This document shows positions 35,736 through 44,380 of a stretch of 44,380 bases of DNA, piece by piece. Under the pieces are notes generated by a model. That model was given only the letters and a program-made list of their open reading frames with translations, had not been told where the DNA came from and did no database searches. Origin of the DNA: a virus. Lineage: Duplodnaviria > Caudoviricetes. The position numbers and the translations under genes are program-made. Location: positions 1 to 44,380 of IMG/VR virus record IMGVR_UViG_3300044983_000113. One strand, 5' to 3'. The stretch's first letter is position 1, and the number at the start of each line of letters is the position of its first letter.

Positions 35736-36026
35736 ATGACTAAACACACACCAGGGCCATGGATGGTCGAGGAATATGGCGACGATGATACGCCGGTACT
35801 GGTGATCCACAAGGACAGCGAGACCCGCGTCTGCTTCATGGCAACGCCTGGATCACACGGCGACCCGGCGAAGATCGAGGCCGACGCTCACCTGATCGCA
35901 GCCGCACCCGATCTGCTCGCTGCGCTCAAGGCGATGGTCAATGCGGTCGGAAACCATCCCGTGACGAGCGTTGATGAAGCCGAGCGCATTGCGCTTGCTG
36001 TCATCGCGAAGGCCGAGGGCTGCTAA
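35736..36026 (+). CDS. conserved phage protein (HTPGPW...LIAAAPDLL)
   Basis: Characteristic motifs. Confidence 0.8.
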   Translation: MTKHTPGPWMVEEYGDDDTPVLVIHKDSETRVCFMATPGSHGDPAKIEADAHLIAAAPDLLAALKAMVNAVGNHPVTSVDEAERIALAVIAKAEGC

Positions 36027-36027
36027 C

Positions 36028-36444
36028 ATGACCTCACTTACACAGGCTCAACGCGAAGAGGTCATCAAGACCCTCGCCGAGTTCTTTCTTGACTCGTTCG
36101 CTGAGGATGCGGCGGGGGTGGCCGATTGGATCGCCCAGGGTGGCCAAGACGTGGACATGTTCTACGAGGACGTGAAGCTCATCAAGGCCGACACAATGGC
36201 CGCATTAACCGCGCTTGAACGCGCGCCGGATGGCATGCGCGAGGCACTGGAGCGCATCGAAAGATGGGAGCTACCCGCGACCAACAAGTTCTGGGATCGC
36301 GAGAAGACACAGCCCGTTAGCTACGAAGCGGAATTTGGCAGCAACGGTGCGCGTGAGTTCATTCGCTGCCTTGCTCGTGAAGCGTTAGCTGGGCGTCCAC
36401 TTCCGACGCCCGCCGCGCCGCCCGCAATTGTTGCCGATCAGTGA
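36028..36444 (+). CDS. hypothetical protein
   Basis: In-operon ORF. Confidence 0.6.
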   Translation: MTSLTQAQREEVIKTLAEFFLDSFAEDAAGVADWIAQGGQDVDMFYEDVKLIKADTMAALTALERAPDGMREALERIERWELPATNKFWDREKTQPVSYEAEFGSNGAREFIRCLAREALAGRPLPTPAAPPAIVADQ

Positions 36445-36453
36445 GGATAAAAG

Positions 36454-36696
36454 ATGGTCATGATCCCGGCTGAGACGCTTGAGATGACCGAGGCCGAACA
36501 TAAGGCCCGTTTGGCTGCTGTCCGCGCCGATAGCGAACGGATGGCCAGAGAGATCAATTCACTGCGGGCAACGCTAGTTGTCATCCACGAAATTACCCAG
36601 AACCATTTAGTGCCCGCATGGCAGGCCCTCGAAAACATCGCGGCAATGGCTGCCGCCGCACTCAAGTCCGCAGAGTACGGAGAGACCAATGGCTAA
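36454..36696 (+). CDS. hypothetical protein
   Basis: GAGG RBS. Confidence 0.6.
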   Translation: MVMIPAETLEMTEAEHKARLAAVRADSERMAREINSLRATLVVIHEITQNHLVPAWQALENIAAMAAAALKSAEYGETNG

Positions 36697-36877
36697 GGAA
36701 ATCGTGCGCTGCATCAATTGCGAACGCGACTGCACGCAACATCATTGGATGTGTGATCGCGACGACGGCGAATGGTGTCATGAGTGCTGGGAAAAGACGG
36801 CCTGCAGTCAGGGCGTCCACGGCGAAGGATGTCCGACAAGAGTCTTCACGGTAGAATCCGAAAAACACGAGGGATGA
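36689..36877 (+). CDS. small Cys-rich zinc-finger protein
   Basis: CINC...C...CHEC...HGEGC. Confidence 0.65.
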   Translation: MAKEIVRCINCERDCTQHHWMCDRDDGEWCHECWEKTACSQGVHGEGCPTRVFTVESEKHEG

Positions 36878-36878
36878 T

Positions 36879-37046
36879 ATGGCAGCAAGCCCGCTGGCAA
36901 AGAAGATAGCGAAGGCGATCCTTGATGACGTGACTGACCGCCGCGGCTGGCGGCAGCAATGGGACCAATTCGATGACGACATCAAGCGCGAGATCAGGCG
37001 CACATGGCATAAGCTGATCGACGACGCACTGGCGCAGGATAAGTGA
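36879..37046 (+). CDS. hypothetical protein
   Basis: Hand translation MAASPLAKKIAKAILDDVTDRRGWRQQWDQFDDDIK... Confidence 0.6.
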   Translation: MAASPLAKKIAKAILDDVTDRRGWRQQWDQFDDDIKREIRRTWHKLIDDALAQDK

Positions 37047-37217
37047 GATGGACGCATTAGGTGAACGTATTATCCGCGAGCGCGCTGAGATCGCGGCTAA
37101 ACGCCAGCGCGGGGCAGCCCTCCAAGCCGAAGCCTTGAAGCTGTTCGAGGAGTCCGACGAACAAGCGCGCTTGCTTGAACTAGCGCGGCTTGGCGCATTA
37201 ACCGCAGGTAAGAGCGA

Positions 37218-37847
37218 ATGAGCAAGGTCGTTCTCAGCCTCTGCGACCGCACCGGCAACATGGTGCAGCCGTGGCTCGTTGCGGGCTACGAGGCTGTGAC
37301 CGTCGATCTGATGCCGGCACCCATACCGCAGACCAGGCGCCACCACTTCACCGCCGATATCACGGAGTGGCGCTATCCTCTCCGGTTCGGCCCGCCCGCA
37401 ATCGTGTTCGCCTTCCCGCCGTGCACCCACCTAGCTGTCAGCGGTGCCCGCTGGTTCAAGGGGAAGGGCATGGGCGCGCTGATCGACGCGCTCCGCATCG
37501 TGGAAGCTTGCCGCGAGATTTGCGAGGCGTGCGGCGCCCCTTGGATGATCGAGAACCCGGTGAGCACGCTCGCGACCTACTGGCGCAAACCGGATCACAC
37601 GTTCCACCCGTGGCACTACGCCGGCTTTGAGCTGGGCGACAACTACACCAAGAAGACGTGCCTCTGGACCGGCGGCGGGTTCGTGATGCCGCAGTCGAAC
37701 GTGCATCCAGAACTCACCAACCCGGACGACCGCATTCACAAGGCCCCGCCGAGCGACGAGCGCGCGGACTTCCGCAGCGCCACGCCCATGGGTTTCGCCC
37801 GAGCCGTCTTCCAGGCGAACCATCCGAGAGCGAGGGCCGCCGCATGA
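37218..37847 (+). CDS. short phage C5-cytosine methyltransferase-like protein
   Basis: VLSLCDRTG (motif I-like), FPPCT (motif IV), IENPV (motif VI), RSATPMGFA. Confidence 0.8.
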   Translation: MSKVVLSLCDRTGNMVQPWLVAGYEAVTVDLMPAPIPQTRRHHFTADITEWRYPLRFGPPAIVFAFPPCTHLAVSGARWFKGKGMGALIDALRIVEACREICEACGAPWMIENPVSTLATYWRKPDHTFHPWHYAGFELGDNYTKKTCLWTGGGFVMPQSNVHPELTNPDDRIHKAPPSDERADFRSATPMGFARAVFQANHPRARAAA

Positions 37848-37875
37848 ACTCCGTAATCACCACGGGTAAGTGCGA

Positions 37876-38322
37876 ATGATTAAACCAGACTTCAACGACG
37901 CTGATGACGTTCTCGAATATGCCGCTCGGCTGATCGAAGATTCAAGCCTGCTCGATCTGTGCGGAGTCATGGCAAAGCGCAAGCGTGACCGCGAGGATGC
38001 CGATCTGCGCTTCCGCACGATTCAAGAGACCCGAGCCGAGATGGCCCGCCATATCCGGGCGATGAAATCCCGTCCTGATCTCGACGCTAGGAACGTGCTC
38101 GCCAAGCTTGCCGCGCTACCGTCGGATGGTCGTAACCACGACATGCACTTGCGCGATGCATGGCCGCTCGCGTGGAAAGGCTGGTGCAACATCAAATGCA
38201 CCGTGATCTGCAACAGCAACTGTTGTCCGCCCGAGACCGAGTATCGCATCGAGATCACCGACTACGGCCGCGAGATTTTGGCCGCAGTGAACATCCATCA
38301 ACGCGGGGAGCCAGATGGCTAA
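37876..38322 (+). CDS. hypothetical protein
   Basis: In-operon ORF. Confidence 0.6.
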   Translation: MIKPDFNDADDVLEYAARLIEDSSLLDLCGVMAKRKRDREDADLRFRTIQETRAEMARHIRAMKSRPDLDARNVLAKLAALPSDGRNHDMHLRDAWPLAWKGWCNIKCTVICNSNCCPPETEYRIEITDYGREILAAVNIHQRGEPDG

Positions 38323-39007
38323 GCCGCTAAAATTTCACCAGACCCTCAACCTTCCTCCAAGGAGTGCGAAGCATGGCCAGCATCGGCGATCCAGTCCGCC
38401 GTCACACCGTCATCCCATTGTCCGAACCGATCACGGCTCCGGAGGGTCCAGTTCGCGTTCCTGGTTCACCGGATGGGAACCCCTCGTATTCCCCGAACCC
38501 GAACCGCCAGCCGTCCCCTATGCCGGAATACGAACCGGCGAACTGATCGGCTACCGGCTGTGGTGGGTGATCCCGGAGGCGGGCGAGCAATGGCTGTGCT
38601 CGCTCGCGCATCGGCAACTTTGGAATCCCGGCGAGACGATCAGTGGCGACCTGTCAAAGATCGTGTCTCATTCATTCCTATGGGCCATTTGGGGCGGCGT
38701 ATATGCGTTCGACCGCTGCGAGCACATTGCTCGCGATTGGTTGCATATGCAGCAACAGGTCAATGGACTTGCTCAGTTTCGCGGAGTTCCTGGAAGCGTG
38801 ATCATCGGTGAATGGGTGCCTGCCTTTGAGACTGGGACGTTCGTATCCGGAACGGTCAAGATGTGGGGCGATGTTGTCGAGCACGAATTCGGCTACCGCG
38901 CCGAGTTTGCCAAGCTCAATTCAATCGATGTGATGCACGGCCCCGGCGACATCGAAGCATTGCGCGAGCGGTACGGTGTTGGCCGCACTCTACGGGAGAA
39001 AACGTGA
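38315..39007 (+). CDS. conserved phage protein
   Basis: IGYRLW...GGVYAF...GTVKMWGDVVEHEFGYRAEFA. Confidence 0.7.
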   Translation: MAKPLKFHQTLNLPPRSAKHGQHRRSSPPSHRHPIVRTDHGSGGSSSRSWFTGWEPLVFPEPEPPAVPYAGIRTGELIGYRLWWVIPEAGEQWLCSLAHRQLWNPGETISGDLSKIVSHSFLWAIWGGVYAFDRCEHIARDWLHMQQQVNGLAQFRGVPGSVIIGEWVPAFETGTFVSGTVKMWGDVVEHEFGYRAEFAKLNSIDVMHGPGDIEALRERYGVGRTLREKT

Positions 39008-39264
39008 TGAGCCAGCACGTCCCACCGTGGCAAGACAAGGAGACCTTGTGCGCCAACATCTGCGCGTCCGAACGGACTGTGGATACCTGGGTTGCACAAG
39101 GCATTCTGCCGCCGCCGCGCAAGCACGGTGGTAAGCTCATGTGGAAGTGGACCGAAGTCGATGCGTATCTGACCAACGGACAGCCGGGCCGGTCACCCGA
39201 CGCCAAAGCCGACGAGATCAGAGATGCCACACGACGAGCGCAGGAAAATCGTGCCCGGCACTGA
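39007..39264 (+). CDS. AlpA-like excisionase
   Basis: LCANICASERTVDTWVAQGILPPPRKHGGKLMWKWTEVDAYL. Confidence 0.8.
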   Translation: MSQHVPPWQDKETLCANICASERTVDTWVAQGILPPPRKHGGKLMWKWTEVDAYLTNGQPGRSPDAKADEIRDATRRAQENRARH

Positions 39265-39276
39265 CGACAGGGGCGC

Positions 39277-39555
39277 ATGATGGAAAAGGCTGCGCAAACT
39301 ATCAGGCAATACCTTGGCCCGTTCGGGTGCCAGACTAAGATGCTCGACTATGAGCGCTTGCTGGAAACGGCCAAATTGGCATTCGACGTTTCTGGTACAA
39401 ACCTGATCGATGTCGCCTACAAGGTGAAGGGGCTGGGCACGCGCGAGCGATCTGCGCGAGTTAAAGAGGCGATACGCACACACTGGCCGACCCCGAATGT
39501 GTTGTGGCCAGCAAACTGTCCCGTTCGGCGCAGTCTCTCCAAGGAGCCGACATGA
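39277..39555 (+). CDS. hypothetical protein between xis and int
   Basis: 92 aa, ATGA-coupled to int. Confidence 0.55.
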   Translation: MMEKAAQTIRQYLGPFGCQTKMLDYERLLETAKLAFDVSGTNLIDVAYKVKGLGTRERSARVKEAIRTHWPTPNVLWPANCPVRRSLSKEPT

Positions 39556-40478
39556 CCTTGACCGCTGACGACAGCTTCGCGGCCCTGGTGCGCGCCTTCA
39601 AGCGGGCGCCGAAGTTTCTTGCCTATGCGCAGGCGACGCGCGAACTGTGGGGGCGCGAGCTCGACTTCGCGGCGCGGCCCGATTGTCTCGGTTCGCTCTC
39701 GCTGCACGAGATCCGGCCATCGCTGGTGCAAGCCTACATGGACGGCCTGACGGGCTTGCCGGGCAAGCAGGCCGCAGCGCTGTCGGCGCTCAAGCAGCTC
39801 GAGAAGTGGGCCGTGGTGCGCGACCTGCTGCCGCGCCAGATCACGCTCGGCGTCGAGACCGAGGACTCGGACGGCGGGCATGTCCCGTGGTCGCCCGAAC
39901 AAGTCGCCTATGCCGAGGCCAACCTGGCGCCGCACCTCGCCCGCGTCATCACGCTCGGCGCGAACACCGGCCAGCGCGGCTCGGACCTGATCCGCATGGG
40001 CTGGACCGACATCGAGACATTCGACGGGATCGAGGGCATCAAGGTTGTGCAGCGCAAGACGGGCCGCGAGGTGTGGATACCGATCACGAGCCCGCTCGCG
40101 ACCGCCATGCGGACCTGGGAGCGCCTGCCGGGACCGTTCCTGCGGCGCGCAGACGGCGGCCCATGGACGCGCAAGGCCCTGACCGATGCCTGGAGCCACC
40201 AGCGCGACACGAGCCCTACGTTCGCCTCCTATCGCCTGTGCGGGCCTGACAAGGATCGGCCGCTGGTACTGCACGGCTTGCGCGGTCACGCTTGCGTCGT
40301 GCTCCTGCGCGCCGGGGCGAACACCCGCCAGATCGCCGACATGGTTGGTATGTCGGAGGAGATCGTGGCGACGTACACGCGGCTTTCCGAGCAGCGGGCC
40401 AACGCCGCGGCGGCCGTTTTCCACCTCGAGCGCACAATCCGAGAACGGAATTTCGATAAGTCGAAGGGGAAGGGATAG
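39552..40478 (+). CDS. int: tyrosine integrase
   Basis: TGQRGSDL (R), QRKTG (K), HGLR, catalytic Y in IVATY; AAGGAG RBS. Confidence 0.92.
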   Translation: MTLTADDSFAALVRAFKRAPKFLAYAQATRELWGRELDFAARPDCLGSLSLHEIRPSLVQAYMDGLTGLPGKQAAALSALKQLEKWAVVRDLLPRQITLGVETEDSDGGHVPWSPEQVAYAEANLAPHLARVITLGANTGQRGSDLIRMGWTDIETFDGIEGIKVVQRKTGREVWIPITSPLATAMRTWERLPGPFLRRADGGPWTRKALTDAWSHQRDTSPTFASYRLCGPDKDRPLVLHGLRGHACVVLLRAGANTRQIADMVGMSEEIVATYTRLSEQRANAAAAVFHLERTIRERNFDKSKGKG

Positions 40479-40479
40479 C

Positions 40480-40553
40480 TAAATGATTGATATTGTTGCG
40501 GTCACCGTATGCCGTTATTATGGCGAACGTTGTTTTCATTGGGGAATTTCCCC
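40480..40553. other. candidate attP region
   Basis: AT-rich gap after int; IHF consensus TATCAATCATTTA (minus strand, 40480-40492); GGGGAATTTCCCC inverted repeat. Confidence 0.45.
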
Positions 40554-40982
40554 ATGACCGGGCGCAAATCGGCGCAGATCGCCGAACTGCTCGACCGGCT
40601 GGAGAAGGCGACAGGGCCGGATCGGTCAATCGACCTCGACATTGCGCGCCTGCGTGGCGTGACTGTCATGCGCCAGCGGGATGATGACAGCGGCGCCGAC
40701 GAATACACGCATTGGCGCTACACCGAGTCGATCGACGCCGCGCTGACGCTGGTGCCAAGCGGCGCTCGCCTGCGCGAGCTTGGTCAGTGGGGCGACAACG
40801 GCCGCCCTGGCGGGTGGTTTGCTTGCGTCCTGCGCTGGCAACGCGAGATCGGCGGATGGTGCGAGGTGCCATACGACTATGGCGTTCCTGATCACGACAC
40901 TGATCGCGTTCCGCCACTCGCGCCGAACGGCGCCATCGCTGTGTGCATCGCTGCCCTCAAAGCCGACGGAGCACAGTCATGA
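40554..40982 (+). CDS. NinX-like phage protein
   Basis: LEKATGPDRSIDLDIA...YTESIDAALTLVP...AIAVCIAALKA. Confidence 0.7.
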   Translation: MTGRKSAQIAELLDRLEKATGPDRSIDLDIARLRGVTVMRQRDDDSGADEYTHWRYTESIDAALTLVPSGARLRELGQWGDNGRPGGWFACVLRWQREIGGWCEVPYDYGVPDHDTDRVPPLAPNGAIAVCIAALKADGAQS

Positions 40983-43935
40983 CCGACACTCGCATCCCCG
41001 CCCTGATCGCCGCCCGCCAGATCATGACATGGGCACGCGGCAAGCCCGAGCCGATCCGTCAGATCGCAGCCGTGCTGGTCGCACAACTCCGAATCTCGGC
41101 GAGGTGTCCGAACTTCACAGCAATGCACAAGGCGGTGGCAGCGAGCGCCAAGCGGCTCGAGGCTGCGCGCTAAAGAGACGCCAGCACAGTGTCTAGTCCG
41201 ATCAATGGGTTGAAAGTCAATGAGTAGGCAGGAAACCGCATAGCGCGGCGTGGAGAGGTGAGGGACAGAGACATGCATATCGAACATATGACAATAGAAG
41301 CGTGGACATTGATATCGTTCCTCGTAGGGGCAAGCATAGTCGCCCTCTTCGGACGTTGAGCGGCAGGGAGCCGCGTGGAGAGGAAAATGGCAGAGAACGA
41401 AATTCCGGCAGAGCACAAGCTGCCCTGTGACTTCATCGTGGGACACATCCGGTTCCGCAAAGGCGTTAAACTGGAGACTGTCCGGCGAGCCGCCGATCGT
41501 TGGCACAAGGCCGCCTGCGACGCAGTGCCGGTCAACCCCGTCACGCTGGACGAGCCGCTGAAAGACATCACGCCTGAAAACCTGCACCCGGAAATCTAGC
41601 GATGGCAAAGATTGAATCGCTCAAACCCCGCTTCGAGAACATGCAAGCTTTGCTCGCGCGCATCGCCGAGGACGAAGAAGCAGAAGGCTTTATCGGTTGC
41701 GTTCTTCGGAAGGACGGCACGATGGTGCCGGTCAGCTTTGAGGCGACGCGCGATCAGATGGCGTTCGCTGCGGCGATTTGGTTGAGGGATTGCGTGGAGG
41801 CTGAATGACCGTACTCAAGGCAAGTAAGTGAGGATCAGATGGGACAGGGACTTGTTAACGCACACGCTGCTGCCGCCAATCTAGAGCGCGGCGACCAGAT
41901 TACCGACAACGACCCTCGGATGCCGAACAGGCGACTTGAGATTCTACGGTTCGAGGCTCATGAGCATGATAGCCGATGCGTCCTCGCCGTCTGTCGCACC
42001 GTTGGCAGTCGCTTCCCGAGAGAGTTCAGGATCAGGGTTGACCGCATCTTCACCGACGGGAAGTCGCGAAAATCCGGCTTCTCGCGACCGCCGCGCACTT
42101 AGGGGCCGAAAATGGGAAGACCTGATTGGCAACCGATCGACACGGCGCCGAAGGATGGCAGCGCAATAGAGGCGCGCGGGCATAACTGGGGCGACAAGAC
42201 AGCGGGCCGCCACCGACGACTTGCCCGGTGGGATGGTGTCCGGTGGCATGATCTCTACGATGAAGATGCAACTCTCAGCTATTTGCATGAGTGGCGCCCG
42301 TGGGCTGGGTGGCGCCGTACTCATGGGGAAACAGCATGACTTTGACGATGGAAAAGCTTCTTGATGCGTGCCGGCTGGTCGAGCGGATCGAGCGCGAGAC
42401 AGGCGGCCCGATCTACCCGACGCCCTTCAACGGCGTCCAGGTGTTTGAGGATCACAACTGTCTCGCCGACACGACCGAGCGCACGTTCCCGGTTTCGCGG
42501 CACCGCTCACGGCGGGTCCACAAGAAGCTGGTGAAGCGGCACGGTGGCGAGTTCAAGAAAGAGCCGGCGATCTTCCAAATCCAAGGGCGCATCTACGCGC
42601 ACCCAACTCGCTATGCGGAGTTGCGGGCCGCCTTCAAACCGCGTTGATGCGTCGTCAGAGCAGAGGAGGAACGATGAAGGCCCAATTTGTCTATGTCCCG
42701 TACAACACGAAGGGACGCTACTTCGCGATGGGCGGCGTTTCGCACTCGGCCGAGCGCGCCCGCAACTTCATGGCGAGCGACAAGGACGAATGGCGACGTG
42801 ACCGGCGCAAGGGTTGGAAAATCCTGAAATGCAAACTCGTGCCGCCGAAGTCACGTTGACATCACAAGAGTTCCCCAAGATGGGATGGCTGATCTTTATC
42901 ATATGTCTCGCTGTACTCTCCGCAGGAATCCTGCACTTTCAGATGTGGATAGACTCTCACGATGACTAAGCGCGAACTGAAGTTCGACAAGGACGGGAAC
43001 TGGATTTGCCCTCATGGTTTCGTGACGGGGTTCTTTTCAGTGCCGGGGGCGCCACATCTGATCGAGCACAGATCATGCGGCATCTGCTGCGAGGAGATTT
43101 CGGAACACCTCGCTCGCGTTGACGGTGAGGAAACGCGACGTATTGAAAAATAGACACAAACGGGTGATTTTTGGACATGAGCGACATCCACGCAAGGCTG
43201 GTCGAGTGGCGCGACGCCAAGAACCTTCGTCGAGAAGTACGACAGCTTGCGGGGGATGCCGTAGCCGAGATCGATAAGTTGCGGGCGGCGCTCAAGGACT
43301 GCTCAGACGAGCTGGCCGAATTCATCGAGCACCACTACGCCAAGACGAAGGATCACCCGGCAATGAAGCGCCGGTACGATCGCGACATGACAACCGTCTT
43401 GGCGGCGCGGGCGCTGCTCAATTATGAGCAGAAAACGCGGGAATGACAATGAGCCACGAGTTTCACGACGACTGGTACATTGAGCCGACCGGCGAAAGTC
43501 GCATCCTTGACCAAGAGAAGGTTGCCAAGGAGATTGCATGGCTGCGATCCTCAATTCTCGTTGAACGCGAGTGCTGCGCGCGGATCGCAGAATCCTTCGA
43601 AAAGGATTACCCTGTCGAGGTTCGGCACATGGCAAAGCGCATTGCGGAAGTGATCCGAAGACAGCCGGCGCCACGTTGATAAGCGATGACTACGAAAGGA
43701 ACGGAACATGCCGACGCAGGCTGAGATCGAGGCGGCTGCGCGGGCGCTCGTGCCCTATGCGCTCGGGGCTTTTGAACTACAGCGCGACGATGATGGCAAC
43801 CGCGTGCAGCCAGCACTCCAGCCGAAGCCGCATGCACTCCATGCCGCCCGCGCCGCCCTCGAGGCCGCCGAGCGCGTCAGGGCGACTACGGCGTGCCGCG
43901 GCGGTCGCGCTCCGCTTGCGCCAGGCGATTGTTGA
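40979..43935 (+). other. cluster of about 14 small nin-like ORFs, including a WQPIDTAPKDG protein at 42112-42339
   Basis: Tightly packed ORFs with RBSs: 40979-41173, 41387-41599, 41602-41808, 41839-42102, 42112-42339, 42336-42647, 42674-42859, 42962-43153, 43177-43446, 43443-43679, 43708-43935, plus TM peptides at 41273-41359 and 42880-42969. Confidence 0.65.
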
Positions 43936-44219
43936 TCTCTCTTACCCCGACCTCGATCGCGACGAGCCTGCCTTCCATCGTTCTGTCCGCGTCCGCGCGC
44001 GCGAACCTGGCGGCATCGAACGAAACCCGCAAGCCTTCGATCGCCTTCTCTGCCGCGACGAGCCTCGCCTCGTGATAGCCGACGTCGCTCTTGAGTCCGA
44101 CCGTCCAGACCACCATGCCGATCAGCAGCACGACCGCGGCGAGCGATACTCCGGTGTTGAGATTGATCTGCGGGTAGAGCCCGTCTTTCGGTGAGATGCC
44201 GTCCCGGATCTCGGCCATC
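43886..44219 (-). CDS. single-TM coiled-coil membrane protein
   Basis: INLNTGVSLAAVVLLIGMVVWTVG followed by a coiled coil; start uncertain. Confidence 0.7.
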
Positions 44220-44245
44220 AGGGCGTACCAAGTGGCAGATGCGGT

Positions 44246-44380
44246 ATCGCGCATGGCTGATGTGCAAATCGCTGACATGTCCGCAAAAGAAACGCATAGA
44301 TTGCGTGATGTCTACGTGAGGCAGGCGTCAAATCGTATTTAACGCTCGGATGGGCAAAACCACACTGATCGCAAACTATT
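44246..44380. repeat. Terminal direct repeat, right copy
   Basis: Matches 1-135. Confidence 0.95.

Noticed and set aside
40480-41390. tRNA gene or tRNA-derived att core
   Set aside because: No cloverleaf or T-loop-to-CCA pattern was recognised here or elsewhere by eye.

Overview
The window looks like a complete, circularly closed ~44.2 kb genome of a temperate short-tailed (podovirus-like) phage: bases 1-135 recur at 44246-44380 with one mismatch. The high GC content, GapR/DUF2312-like and DUF3309-like genes suggest an alphaproteobacterial host (inference). The minus strand from ~25.7 kb down to 0.3 kb carries terS, terL, a T7/BPP-1-type portal, scaffold, major capsid, cement, tail tubular A/B, three ejection proteins, a beta-helix spike and small membrane proteins. 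A plus-strand anti-defence-like islet lies at 25.8-27.7 kb, and a leftward cro/CII/GapR/VRR-NUC/replication arm at 27.6-32.3 kb. A CI/Cro switch has four operators, and the rightward arm encodes a RecE-like nuclease, Sak4-like ATPase, C5 methylase, xis, int and many small ORFs. The most notable observations are: (1) three similar-length heptad-repeat blocks in two adjacent ejection proteins, a possible ejectosome length ruler; (2) seven same-strand copies of GGTGCGTTGC in front of late genes; (3) three bulged hairpins in the capsid leader; (4) a spike protein with a Sec-type signal peptide, CBM-like repeats inside the tail adaptor and nozzle, and no recognisable endolysin. All family calls are by-eye motif recognition, not database searches.
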